The position numbers were made by a program, and so were the translations under genes. The notes under the pieces were generated by a model. The model was not told where the DNA came from and made no database searches. It saw only the letters and a program-made list of their open reading frames with translations. A stretch of DNA of 59,950 nucleotides, counting the filler, from Sphacelaria rigidula (Eukaryota), in NCBI GenBank assembly GCA_964200075.2. It is 5 parts of 5 records of this genome, joined end to end, with 100 filler letters (N's around TTAATTAATTAA, not from the genome) between each part and the next. Parts side by side here need not be neighbours in the genome. Positions count along the whole stretch, not along the records: positions 36,033 to 47,941 come from CAXNAA020004348.1; positions 48,042 to 59,950 come from CAXNAA020004349.1; 3 more parts are not named here. One strand, 5' to 3'. Below, piece after piece: positions 37,600-50,049 of the stretch; the stretch's first letter is position 1; every line of letters begins with the position of its first letter.

Positions 37600-37880
37600 G
37601 TCACCCCTTGGTATTGTTAGAAACAACGCTAACACGTGTTTTAAGCCCAAACAGCACACGCGGCGCCGTAGCTCCGTAGTCCACTGCATTTGATACTTCG
37701 TATAGCGAACGCATTTCCCTCTTGCGCTACACTTAACCCGGGTGGTTGCACGGGAGAGTGGGTAGGCACGATGCATGCACCATCTGCGCCTTGCCGCAAC
37801 CACGACAAGATCTGTAACGGCCGAATCAGTTCTGCCGCCAGAGCCTCACCCTATCAAACAGATCCAGCACACCACACATG
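37600..37880 (-). pseudogene. Decayed RING-CH (MARCH-type) finger remnant
   Basis: Minus strand gives CWICL (37869-37855), then after a frameshift SCRGCGKAQMVHASCL, then KCVRYTKYQM and a short hydrophobic stretch. Stops and frameshifts present. Confidence 0.35.
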
Positions 37881-39239
37881 GTGCCAGCGAAGGCTGCATA
37901 GCACTCAGCTGGCTTCACCATCACGGCAGCGCTGCCAACCAGTTCACGATGTGCGTGCCCTTGCTGAGCTCCTTCCGTGTCATTCTCGTTCCGTGTGGCA
38001 CTGACTTAGAAATGGAGAAAAACGCCAAAACGTGTTCGTGATCTTTAGCAACAATGACGTTTGTCTCGTTTTTCTGCCTCCTCTCGGCCACCTTAGGTGT
38101 AACCCATGATGTCGTGAAGCTCTGAATCTCTTCGCAGACACCACAGTCAGGTAACCATCGCAGCATGAGCCCTCAACTGTCTTTTCCTCTCTTCCTGAGT
38201 CTCCAATTTGACCTATCGCGACCCCAAATCGACATGACCATGAGAGCGCTTGTTACATTGTTGCTGAGAAAGCTTTAGCCTCAATGCTGCCTCCGTGAAG
38301 ATGGACTGAACCAGTTCGTGGTGGCGGGAACTCGCCGTTGCTTCTTGTTGTCGCTGCCGCTGCGCTGCCTCACGCGGGCCGTCATCAACCTCGTCCCAAG
38401 AACCGATACTCGGAACGGCGCGAGGAATAGCGCACGCAGGTCTGCGATTGAGGCAAGGGGGCCACCAAGGATGAAACACGACTGTTAAAAAGTGCATGCG
38501 AAGCAATTGTGTACAGAGGCGGGACAACGACATGTTCTTCACGATCGGGAATACGTTGAATAAATGGTTGCTGCCGAAGGTAACTGTTTAGCTTCTCCAG
38601 CTGATGGCTGCTCTCGTACTCCTGATGCTAAAGGTACCACCAATCTAGGTGCGTTTTCTCATTTTCTAGAACCTGGGCAAGGAGTGCCCGCGATCGAGCG
38701 ATTAGGCCGATGGTGAGCGCGGAATGCACCGTGGTCGATGGGCCGGAGGACAGGTAATGCTTTGCCCTTGTTCCCGGCGAAGTGGGTTTATATCATGGAT
38801 TATTTGTCTCCACTTGCGCTCATGTACACGAGTGTCATTCGCGCCCCACTATTTTAACTGGGGAAAGCACTCCACTTTCGAGAGGCACGGTTGAACATCG
38901 CTCAGGGAACATACCAAAACAGCCGGAGGATTCCTCAGAACCGTGTAAAATTTCCGAGGCCCGTGAGACTGACTTTCAGCCGTGGTCACATGATAGACCT
39001 TCCCACGATAAAACAAATGGAAACACTGGCTGAAGAAAAGTGAAGAAGACAGAGAAAGTCGAACAGAGTGGGCTCGGAAAATATATTTATATAGAACATA
39101 GATGACCGACCACTGCAACATGACTTCGGTGGAAAACGCCTTACTCATAAATCACACCCATACTCCATCCTAATAAGCAAGAAGCCTTGGAACAGCTCAT
39201 CAATTTTGACATCATCACTATGTTGCGTATGAACCTCCT

Positions 39240-40500
39240 ACACATGAACCCTACGGGAATAAGGCACCAAGCCGCTATTTGAATACAACGGGAGGAGAGA
39301 ACACAGAGAGAGATAGAGATTGGAAAGTAAGAGAAAACAGAGAACGCGACGACAGAAACGATTAAACCCACGGGGCGCAGTGCAGTGGAGCAGGTATAAA
39401 TAGACATGCCAAGGAACGCCGCAAGACCACCAACCAAGAACAAAATCAACAACCGATAGGACAGGGTAAATCAGCTTCCGTGTTAGCCCCATTTCTCGCA
39501 TTCATCCCTGGTCGGATGGAAAGCGTGTCATTCTCTCAGGTCATTTCCATCTTGGATTCCTTGCGAGCTGATGCTGTTGCTGTCGACGCAGCAGCCCCTC
39601 GTTTGTGGCGGCGGTCCGATTCTTATCTTTCTTCGCGCCACCACGTGTCCTTCAACTCTTCCACTCCTTCCTCGACTCCAAGATGCCGTTGGCCCATGTT
39701 TTCCAACGCAGTGACCCATTCGTATGCGTCAACCTCTACACAGTAGACGATTCATTTTCGTCGCGCTCATTCGCGTGGACGACCCCTAGTACACGTAGAT
39801 TCGCCTGGAGGTTTTCTCCGCAGTGTATGGGGGGGCAGCCAGCCTCCTTGGGCCCTTGTGCGACTAACCGTCCGTGCATGATGCGTGGGGGGAGGCGTGT
39901 TTCGTCCTGCCGGACGAGGGCTCCCGCGAACAAAATGTTGACGCTCGCGGATTGTCGTCTCGATACGTTTGCAGTTGATCATCTCGAGAACAACTCTGGA
40001 CGAAAGAGAAATGTAGCCCGTCCTGTCTTTCCTGCGGAATCCAACTACTAGTGGCAAAAGCTTGTGATGGGCAGTGCGCAGACTGTTGAAGTCCTCGGAA
40101 CGTGGCGTTCATGCGGTGCTGCTGTACAACGGAGCTTTCACCACCTACGCTTTAAGCAGCCGGACTTTCGAAGATAGCTGGGCGTTGATTCGATTCGGTC
40201 GTAGTATTAGAAACTATACTTTCGGAGACGTGCCCGCGCCGCGCTGATGCGGTGGTTGGCTCGATGGACATTTTCGCATCGTCGCCGACAGCACCACGAT
40301 GGTAGACAAACTTGGCCATCTGCTGATGTGCAGGGCGGTATCTTTTGAGCTGGATACCACCGGCACATGGACTCTGTCTTGCTCTCCGATGCCGTCAATC
40401 CGAACTCCTGGCAGGTCACCACGACGTGGAATCAAGCTGATAGTTCGCCACCACCCCGCTGTACCCGTGGGCGTGTGTGCATTTTTCCCTACGGCATAAT
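39240..40500 (-). mobile_element. RTE-clade LINE remnant, 3' part
   Basis: CQEFGLTASESKTESM, RISAARARLRKYS, FRRKDRTGY...RIETTIRERQ, FAGALVRQDETRLPPRIMHGRL, followed by a pyrimidine-rich 3' UTR. Frameshifted. Confidence 0.8.
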
Positions 40501-41644
40501 TTCCAGCGAATTTCGTGCGCTTTTCAAGTGCACAAGTATTATTTTCCAGTAGCTTGCGCGCAGAAATTGCTGGAAACCATCTTCGCTACTCAATAATAGT
40601 AACATCCCCCGAAGCTCAGAGATGGCGCCCCAGTCTGCGAGGACATTGCCGTACCGTGAATACTCGGCATTGTTCGACTGATGTATCCTGGTTCTGGGGG
40701 CAGCGGGATGGTGACGTACACAGTAAACACGCGAGACGGACCATGATTCGTCTGGAACAGCCAAAATGAGGATTTCTCAGCACGTTGGTCACCAAAAAGA
40801 ACTGACCGCGGGTCAAAGAAAACCAAGTGGATCTGCCCGCCCGTCGCCCCAGCGCTGCATGGAATTGAACTGGAAACAGCCCAACAATTTGCATGCATGC
40901 ATGAATAATATTACCTATAATACGCCATTGATCAGGCGTATCATGATCCTTCCGACGACTGTTCTTAGACAACTACAGTAGGGTAGTGTAGAGAAAAATG
41001 AAATGGAAATGCACACACCAATTTCTTGTGAGCGCATGAAAGATCTTGTGTGCTCCAGCAGCTGCTTTGTACGGGGCTACATCGCTGGGCAACAGAGCGA
41101 ACAATTCGGAGGTCGAATAATCAAACCGTGATTCGTCCCACATCTCAACTTCCGCACGAGTCCATCTCATCATTCGCACGCCAAGTGTGATTCGACATGT
41201 TTTGGGCTCGTGACTCGTGCGACACAACACGAAACGTACATCATGCCGTGTGTCACGCGGCACGCCGGCGGTGAGATATTTTTTCCATCTGTGATTCAAG
41301 TGGCAAAAACCATGCGTACGTTCTCCCACCCTGTGACTCATGCGGCGCACATCATGGGTTAATGTATTCCCACCGTTCATCAGCCATGAATTGTACGCAC
41401 GTGCTTCGCACCCGGCATTCGTGAACCAGGATCCTTCACACGTCGGCGCATATTCCGCAGCGCCGTTCACGAGGCACGACCCCTTGATTAATTTCCGCAC
41501 CCTCAAATCATGCGACACGAGTTTTGCGCAATGCGACAAACCTAACCTGCGGGCACACGAGTCATGCTCGTATAATTTAGATTCGCCAGTCTGCTGGAAA
41601 CGGGCATGTGCGACGATTCGGGACGAAGAGATGAATGATGAGTT

Positions 41645-42045
41645 TCCCTTTTGACCGCTGAAGGAAGGCCATCTGATGAATCCGCATCGTTTTCACTCAA
41701 AAACTAAGTCTCAAGACCCAGATGACCCACACTGGCGGTCACGTGTCAACCCTTTAATCGCGAGGGTGGGTCATGATCTATATCATTATAACTATTTGTT
41801 GTTATTGTCATTATAATCATCATCATTATTATGTCCGCATATCAACCCTTTTGGACCCGGACTCCCCGGAACTTTTGGTTTGCACGCAAGGGCCTTCATG
41901 TGAATCGGCGTCATTATCAGTCGTGAGAAGGTCCGGTCCCCAAAAGGTATACCCTGGACGACAAGAATGGGTCACCTGTTGAATCGGCATCAACTTCACT
42001 TGAAAAAGGTATGCGTGGTCCAGATGAACCATCCTCGCGGTCTAA
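41645..42045 (+). mobile_element. Cluster of piggyBac-type MITEs
   Basis: At least three units (~41646-41746, 41846-41947, 41952-42045) with cores TGAATCCGCAT, TGAATCGGCGT and TGAATCGGCAT. 41846-41947 has TIRs CCCTTTTGGACCCGGAC / GTCCGGTCCCAAAAGG. Confidence 0.7.
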
Positions 42046-42399
42046 TGCATGAGCCGATATCTCGAACCCGTGGTCGCGGACGTGGTCTCGTGCTTTCAAT
42101 ACCGTCCCTGGTATTTCTTAAAAAAACACTTGTTTCTTGTGAAGCTCCAAAAGAAAAACGCCAATAAGACGGTATAAAGGAGACAAATGAAAGATGTCAA
42201 GAGAACAGGAGAGGCATGGCCTCCCTCCGAGTTGATCGGGATGGGGTGAAAAAAAACTGATCAGATCTGCCGATTAACTATACAGACAAGAAAAGACAAG
42301 ACAAGATAAAAGGGATTAGAGTGGCTACCAAGAAAGTTACAGACCAACAACCTCAGAGATCCCCATGGACAAATACCAAAGCTGTTCCAGAGACGACAG

Positions 42400-45130
42400 A
42401 TGCACCAGCGAGTTTACTACACGACGGTCTCCTCGTTACGTTTCGGTGATCCCCGATAGGCCCTGAGGTAACTCTGGCGGTAACGCAGCAAACATTTCCG
42501 TAGCATGGCGTGCTTTGGTCCAGGCTGAAATGCACATCTTAGTCCTCTTCTCTACAATTCGGTAGCATTTGGAAACATCTTGGGCGACCTGTGTGCACGA
42601 TGTTGTGTTTATTCCGGAATCGGAGCAGAATTCCGTGAAACCGTGCTGTATGCGTTTTGCTGGTCGGCCTGCTCTCGTCTTCTCTCCGACAATTACTCCA
42701 CGCATGATGATGTTGGGGAGGCGCTTCTCGTGCATATGCACGACGTGGCCAGCGTGTAGGAGTATACACTTCATCACAGTAGCCCCGATTCACTCGCAGC
42801 CAGTTCTTCCGAGAACTTCGCGGAATGGCAGCATGTGGTAGTCGAGAGCGCTTAGTGGCCAGAGCGACGTACGGATTGTCGTACACCGCTCAGCTGTACA
42901 AGTGGAAGCAAGTTCACACCTGGTCAATGCGGCTACGGATCTCAGGAATGATATCATCGATACTGCTGATTTTGCCGTTGAGATTGACGAAAGACTCGAC
43001 TTGCTTTCATCCTGGTCCACCGCCTCTACCTCGACCACATTCGCCCTCATGCTCGAGGAACGCATGTGCATGGTTTCCGTCTTGTTTTCCGCCGCGCCGA
43101 GACCGAACGCCGCTCAGACTTCGACGACGGTCGTCACCATCTTTGCCAGGCGTAGTTGAGATCGCGAGACGACGCCAGCATCGTCGGTGTACAGCATGAC
43201 CCAAGGCATTTCGTCAAGTTCGTCTTTGGTATTCCCGCCCGTTCCAGCGATGTGGAAAGAAGGCGAACGTCACCGTTAGCACCACCGCGAAGAATATGCT
43301 GAACAAACCGAGGAAAATGGCAGCCTTGGCGAAAGCCCTGGTTTACGTTGAACCTCTCAGATGTCTCGCCGCTGTCAAGGCGTACGGATGCCCGCACGCC
43401 ATCGTGGAACTGGCGGATAGTGGATGTCACCTTGGCGAAGATGCCATATCGTGCTAGCACCTTCCATAGCGGTCAACTGAGCCGTACGCCTTTTGGTGGG
43501 TCGATGAAGCACATGTACAGGAGAAGATTCTTCTCTGTAGCCAGTTTTTGGAGTCTGCACACGATGTATATCAGGTCGACTGTCGACCGACCGGGTCGGA
43601 TGCCGTATTGAGCTGAGCGGATTCCCTCCCAATCACAGTAGGCGCTGAGGTGAATCGCGCCTATCTTGAGAAACACCTTGACCGGGTGGGACCCCAACGA
43701 AGTACCGTGGTAGTTGCCGCATTCGTGCGGGTCCTATTTCTTGAACAGCACCTTGATGATGGTGTTTACCTACTCCTGGAGTACTATTTCCTGAAACCAC
43801 CCTGTGAACACGACGTTGCAAAGGCATTTCACGATGGCAGAGTCCTTGGTGCGGCCGAACTTCAACGGTTTGCTACAGATGTTGTCCGGCCCAATGGCCT
43901 TGCCGTTCACGACCGTGTCCGCTGCTTGTTTCACTTTTTCCGTGAAGGGCTCGACCACGAGCGGCGCGTGCTCCGGCATCTGTTCGATGACATCTATGAC
44001 AAAGTGGTCGACAGTAGGCGAGGTTGCTTTCGGGAGCTTTGCAAACCACTCCTTCCAACGTTGTTTGCCTGTCCCACGACAACTCGACGGTCGTGCTCCT
44101 GACGTACGTTGAACCACACACCCTTTCCCCTAGCAATTCCAAGGCCTTGATATATTGGTATAGCCTTGCTTGGTCCTTCTCGCGGGCAAGCTCTACTATC
44201 CTGACGGTGCACTCGTGAATGAAGTTCTGCAGTTCAGCGTCCGTCATTCGCTTGAATGCCTCGTCTGTAATCTTGAGCGCTTTGCTCAAGGAAGGGCCTT
44301 AGGGATTGGCGCACCGTTTCTCTCGTACACGTTTCCTCATATTTCACACCTCTTGGGGGCGATCCCACGCCCGTGGCGACTAGCTGAAACCTTTAGATGG
44401 GGGGTTCTTACCGTCGGAGTGTGTCCGCGGCCGTCTGTCGCAGAGCGTTCGGCGAAGGTCGATGTTATGCCGGTGACTCCCAGGACTACGGTGGAGATGG
44501 CGTTCGCGGGCTTGGCGACAATGCCCTGCGAAACAATCGCTCTCCAACGTCCGTCGGATGCGAGGAGCTTCCGGTCGAAGCACACTCCGCTGTCCCCACT
44601 TCTCGGTTTTGATCAGCGGTTGAGTGGTCTGTCCGACGAGACGGATGATGGCTGAAACCAGTCGATGGTCCGATCCCATCTTGGGGTGCATAGTGACGTT
44701 TCGGGCGAGTGTGTGGCCTTGCTGACGTACCAGGATGTCGTCCAGGGGCAAGCGGTGCCCGGCCTTCGGCCCCTCATATGTATATGCGGCCGAGTTTTTC
44801 CCGCTAGTTGGCACGCGAAAAAAATGCGTGTTGGTCATTGCCATTATATGTTCCTCCGTGTATTTCAGCAAAGTTCTACATGTGTATCATATCGGGTGTC
44901 TCTGTCATATTCTCCCAATACACGAACGTCATCCAGGTCTCCTCCTTCGCTCTTTCCGGTTCGGGCGTTCACATCCACCGTGGTATGAGGTGCTCGTCGG
45001 CGGGCAGTGCAACGATGGAACTACTACGTGTCTTCCAGAATTTGGCCTTTTCAGCGGTGAGTGCTGTCTCGGTGTGAACATCCCCCATGATGGGCCATAC
45101 TCACTTTTCGAGGGAGATGATACTGGTTCA
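42400..45130 (-). mobile_element. RTE-clade LINE remnant (AP endonuclease + reverse transcriptase), non-functional
   Basis: Endonuclease motifs DVNARTG and GSDHRLV. RT motifs GIRPGRSTVDLIY...LYMCFID, IRQFHDG...GFRQGC and MLYTDD. C-terminal RLPNIIMRG...GRP. Many frameshifts. Confidence 0.92.
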
Positions 45131-45169
45131 ACGAATGACCTACCCCAACAGGTAAAGGGTTAAGGCGCG

Positions 45170-46800
45170 AGAGTTGAAGTGAATCGTGCTCAGAGTAAGT
45201 GCTCGGTTGTTCGCACGAGAACGCGGATACGTTCTCGCTTCCCACCAGTAATTCATACTTCCTCTGTCCCATCAGTAAAGTCCGTTATAATCACACCGGC
45301 CCTCATCCGTGTCCAATGCCGTAGGCGATATAGATGTCTCACTAAGATTACGAGTGAACGCTCCCGTGCAAGCGGGACAACTAGACCTACTCTTAGAACA
45401 GTGCGCTTCATAAACCCCTTCAGCTCGACGTCACCCTGCGCATTTTTCATTTTCGAAAGCTTGATTAGATAGTGCAATATTTTTCCCGTCACCGTTCACC
45501 TTCGACCCAAGCAGTCAGTGCCTGGAAGTAAGCGCGTAACAGGCAATATGCGGAACCCTGATGGTGGATCTGACACCTTCATTCCGAAAAAAGGAAATTT
45601 GATTATGGAAATCGAAATATTCAACTTTGCACGCATACACCCTAAATACAGGAGATGCCAGAACGCAAGAAGAGCGTCTCTGTTTCCTTCGGGCTGGAGT
45701 TTTATTTCGAACATGTTGCCATCAATGTCTAATGTGTGTGACTGTATAGCGCAAGACACATAATAACGTGAGGTTGATCAGGTAGTGCAACGTCTTCTCC
45801 ACATTGCCGCGGTTCGGTGTCATCGTTCACCTGGTTGTTGTTGCCTGTTTGCAGGCTTCCCGCACGGCGCTTTTTTCGTCGGCCTTTCTGTGTGCCTTAG
45901 ATCCGATTTCCCGGGATTCGGGGTTCGGTGGATATATAACAGCCGATTTGCCGCGGTCTGGTGAATTATCGAGCCGAATTCATTGTCTCTTTCCTGGGGG
46001 AAGGGAGACCTGAGGAAATGTATGTAAACACTGATCGGTACTATGGAGATGCTGCCAACCCCAACGCTAACCCCGACCAAGGCATACCGAGAACCCTCGG
46101 GCAAGGGGGGTGCAAGGTGTTCCGTAGGCAAGGTGTGCGTTGCCAGAGCTCAAAACGACGCCTTTCAGCCTATTTTGTCCCAGACCACGTTCTGAGCGAG
46201 CTGGGTCTACTGCTCACCATTGCTCACCTGCCCCAGACCATGACCTCTCACTCTCTAAGAACTTCCTTCAGTGTGAACTCAAGTAAAATCGAGTGCCAAC
46301 CACTATTAACATCAATTTCGTAAGGTCTACTGCCTGGGGTTCGGGGTTCGGTGAATTTAACGGCCGATTTGCTTCATCACCGTTCACCTTCGACGAGAGG
46401 GCGAGGTTCGATCTTCGACCCAAGCTGTCAGTGCCTGAAAGTATGCGCGTAATATGCAATACGCGGAGCCCTGATGGTGGATCTGACACCTTTATTCCGA
46501 AAAACGGAAATTTAATTATGAAAAACAGAATTTTAAACTTTACATGCATTTCCGATAAATACAGGAGTCACCAGAACGCAAGAAGAGGCTCTCTGTTTCC
46601 TTCGGGCTAGAGTTTTCTTTCGACCATGTCGCTGTAGATGTCTGGTAATATGTGTGACTGTATTGCGCGAAACATATATTAACTTGAGGTTGATCAGGTG
46701 GTGCAATGTTTTCATCACCCTTCACCTATTTGTTGTTGCCTGTTTGTGGACTTCCGCACAGCGCTTTTTTGTCGACCTTTCTGTGTTTCGTAAATGCCAT
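45170..46800. repeat. Complex repeat with two ~480-bp direct-repeat units
   Basis: ~45490-45960 and ~46320-46800 are diverged direct copies, and both match 11180-11850. Confidence 0.8.
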
Positions 46801-47941
46801 TTTTCCATGGACGTCCTCGGTTGAGCTTTTTTCGTGCATTGTCGTTGTACAGAGAGAGGTTGATGCGCAAATTTCGAGGGATATTTCACCTTGCATTTTG
46901 TACACAAAAAACAATGCTTCTTCGTAAGCAAGATACATACTGGGGGTGCGACACAAGTTGTTTCGCGGAGGTTTCCTGGTGTGCCTCTACTTTCAACAAC
47001 GCTGTCGTGAACTCGAGGGTAGAGCGCTGATTGAGAGCGGCTCTGATCATTCGCTTCAACTTGGCGAATTTTCATTCCGTGTGTGCGTTTCTTTGCCTCC
47101 ATTACTGGCCTGTGCTTACAGCTACACCTCGAGATCCTACTCAAGGTATCAAGGGCCTCACCAGCAAGCCACTGTGGGATGCATATCGGGCCTCCTGGAG
47201 GAACATTTCGGAACTGAAACGATGGATCAACGCACTGACTTTTTTCACTCTCAATCGTACCCTCTCAATATCAATATCACGGAAACGTGGTTCGCGTCTT
47301 TCTTTTCCTGCTGGCGCAGCAGCCAGCGTGCGCAAATGGCCGATAAACGTTCAGTCGGCTCGGAAATGGCCATATTTCGCCCATTTCCGATAACACAGAG
47401 AAGAACCCTGAAAACCCGAAACACGGCAAAAATCGCGAAAAAAAGTATGTCTGGCTCTCCTTCTTCGGTTCGTCGCTGGCATACGATAGCTACTCCTAGT
47501 CCGAAGCCACTCGTTTACATTGCAGCCTTCAATTACTACAAAACAAGCCAAATTTGTCGAAATTCGACCGACAATGTACAGATTGGCGACATTTGGTCGA
47601 AATTTGGCCGAGTTTGACCCTACGAATCCAAGGCTGTAGGTCGATTATTTTGTTGCTGTTTTTCCGGTGGCCATCCCCACAACTATATATTTTCAATGAA
47701 CCTAACCATAAGATGGTAAGAACCTCCGTTGGCGAGATACAGCCTATCCCCCATGACGAACTTTACTTGTGGGACAGAGGAAATAGGGCATGGATCGAAC
47801 GTACATCTTCTTCACCTGCCACTAATACGGCATGGATCAGACTTAGAGTCATCCTACGATAGGGGGGGGGGGGGTATTGTGGGCCATTTGTTGCTCGAAA
47901 TTTCGAGTCCCATCGTCGTTAAGAGCAGCCACGGGTGTTCG

Positions 47942-48041
47942 NNNNNNNNNNNNNNNNNNNNNNNNNNNNNNNNNNNNNNNNNNNNTTAATTAATTAANNN
48001 NNNNNNNNNNNNNNNNNNNNNNNNNNNNNNNNNNNNNNNNN
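47942..48041. other. Artificial contig spacer
   Basis: 44 N + TTAATTAATTAA + 44 N. Confidence 0.98.
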
Positions 48042-48288
48042 TTTTTTTTTTTTTTTTTTTTTTTTTTTTGTGCTGTTTTTTTTTTTTTTTTTTTTTGGGG
48101 GGGGGAGGGGGGTTGTCGGCTGTCGACGAAACCATGCAATGATCATAACTCTCTTTGCTTTACCATGTTGTCTTTCCCTTGCCCAAAAAATAAAATTCAA
48201 CAAACCAACCATCAACCAACCATCCATGCAACCATCCATTAAATCCCAACCAACCAATTAAGTAATTCATTAAATTATTAACTATTAA

Positions 48289-48372
48289 CCCTTAGGGACC
48301 CCACTGACGATTTTTGTTTTTGTGAATCGGCATAATTTTCAGTCATTTTCAAGTCAGTGGGGTCCCTACGGG
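48289..48372 (+). mobile_element. 84-bp piggyBac-type MITE
   Basis: TTAA on both sides (48285-48288, 48373-48376), 19/20 TIR CCCTTAGGGACCCCACTGAC, core TGAATCGGCAT at 48323. Confidence 0.88.
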
Positions 48373-48826
48373 TTAATGTACTTCGCATATTGGTCTCATC
48401 GTATTACCCCCTTTCCGGAACCTTTCTGATTCGGATGTTAGAGGCCGTTGTACAATAACATCAAATTCGAAGAAATATCATGATTCACAACAAAAGTAAG
48501 CGGGCATGTTCGCCCAAGATGAGTACCTATCTCCCACAGAGTGCTCCAGTATCCGACCATATATCGAGGTTGGTGAAATTCTACTGCAGAGTCATGCTAC
48601 GATAGGGCAGGGAGAGGATTTGGGGCCATTTTTCCCACGAAATTCCACATCAATTTTTTGTTGGAAACAGGGACGGTTCTTCGAACGCGATCTTGATATT
48701 TAGTCATACTGCTTGAGACCATCTTCACCCGTATACAAGCGCATCGCGAGTGTGTTAGGTCGTCTTGACACACCCATGAGCCTTCCTTGTCATGGAATCA
48801 ACCCCCCCCCCCCTCCCCACTCCCAC

Positions 48827-49097
48827 GAAGGTGGCATGAAATCGTTTGACCCATTAGACAGTAGCGAAGAAACGATGGCAATACGGAGATGGAGAGTACG
48901 AGTAGCCACGAACGGCGAAACAGGACGGGGATAAGACGTATAGAAGGTTTTTGTGTATTGTATGGAAGAAACGTAATGAGCGCCAAAATGTTGGAGGTGT
49001 CCCTAGCAGGAGTAGGAACGGTGCCCCATCTGGAAAGGGATGCGTGGTGAATGGCCAAACGACTGAGGCAAGAAACAAATGAGTACCCCCCCCCCCC
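48827..49097 (+). mobile_element. 5'-truncated non-LTR retroelement 3' end between C-rich tracts
   Basis: Reads ...AKQDGDKTYRRFLCIVWKKRNERQNVGGVPSRSRNGAPSGKGCVVNGQTTEARNK* then GTA and a C12 run. Paralog at ~53682-53870. Confidence 0.65.
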
Positions 49098-49293
49098 TTA
49101 CCATAAAATCACTCAGTACGCGAATATGTTTACCCCAGATAAGTATGGATCCTCAACAGAGTGCTCGAGTACCCGACGGCTTGTCGAGGTTGATGAAATT
49201 TTACTACACAGGGAAGATTTTTCGAACAGTATATGCCCCCAACAGGGTGTTTCGAACAGTATACACAGTATATATAATGTCTGGCACACAACC

Positions 49294-49647
49294 GGTCGCC
49301 CGGGTGGCTCAGTTGGTAACCTCCAAACCTTCTGACGGTTGGGTCGTGGGTTCAATTCTCGGAGCGATCTGGACTTTTTCTCACACCATGCCCAACAGTG
49401 GAGAGCGGCTATGTCGTGAGTACACAAAATTCGACAGAACGGTCGACAATGGAAAGAGATTGCTGAACCTCTCTCGCGATAGAAAAAGGCAAGCGCCGCA
49501 GAAGGAAGGTGAGGTACCAAAAACAAATAAAAAAGAAAAAGCTCCTGTGTTGACCTTCCTCCTGTGTGACCCCGGCTGGTGCGCCCACATATACCGAAAG
49601 GTGTAGACTGGCGTCTAGAATAGATGGGACGACAACACAACACACAC
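49294..49647 (+). mobile_element. tRNA-derived SINE, type 1 (full length)
   Basis: A-box TGGCTCAGTTGG, B-box GGTTCAATTC, no cloverleaf. Ends GACGACAACACAACACAC. Confidence 0.85.
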
Positions 49648-50049
49648 TGAACCTCCGTGCAAATGAGCAACCCCCTTCTCGCCGCCGGATAAAAAGCAAC
49701 GACAAAAAACGGTCAACCTGGTACTCCATTACAAGAACGGAAACAGACACAAAAAGGCAGAGGCTTACCGCTGAATACAGGAGTGCACTCTAAACACCCC
49801 AGCTAGAGCGCACCGAGTAGAGATACGAGATGTTTCGCAAAGACACACCCTAGTATTGTACAATAATGCCACAACGATATAAACAGAGCTGCATCGCACG
49901 CTTTCAGCCGCTGGGGGTTCAAAAGATTCATTGGGCTATTACCGCAAAAGCATCCGTCTACCAAAAACCAAGCCAAAAGCGCTTGCATTGACTGGCGTAA
50001 TGAAATGAAATCTCAAAAATGCCCGCTAGAACTCCGCAGCCAAAGCCAC

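Noticed and set aside
40973-41539. 188-aa minus-strand ORF
   Set aside because: Non-ATG start, no motif, and repeat-like DNA between TE remnants.
49294-49375. tRNA-like sequences (also ~28900-28977 and ~50050-50125)
   Set aside because: A and B boxes are present but acceptor and anticodon stems do not pair, and each continues into a repeated body; these are SINE heads.
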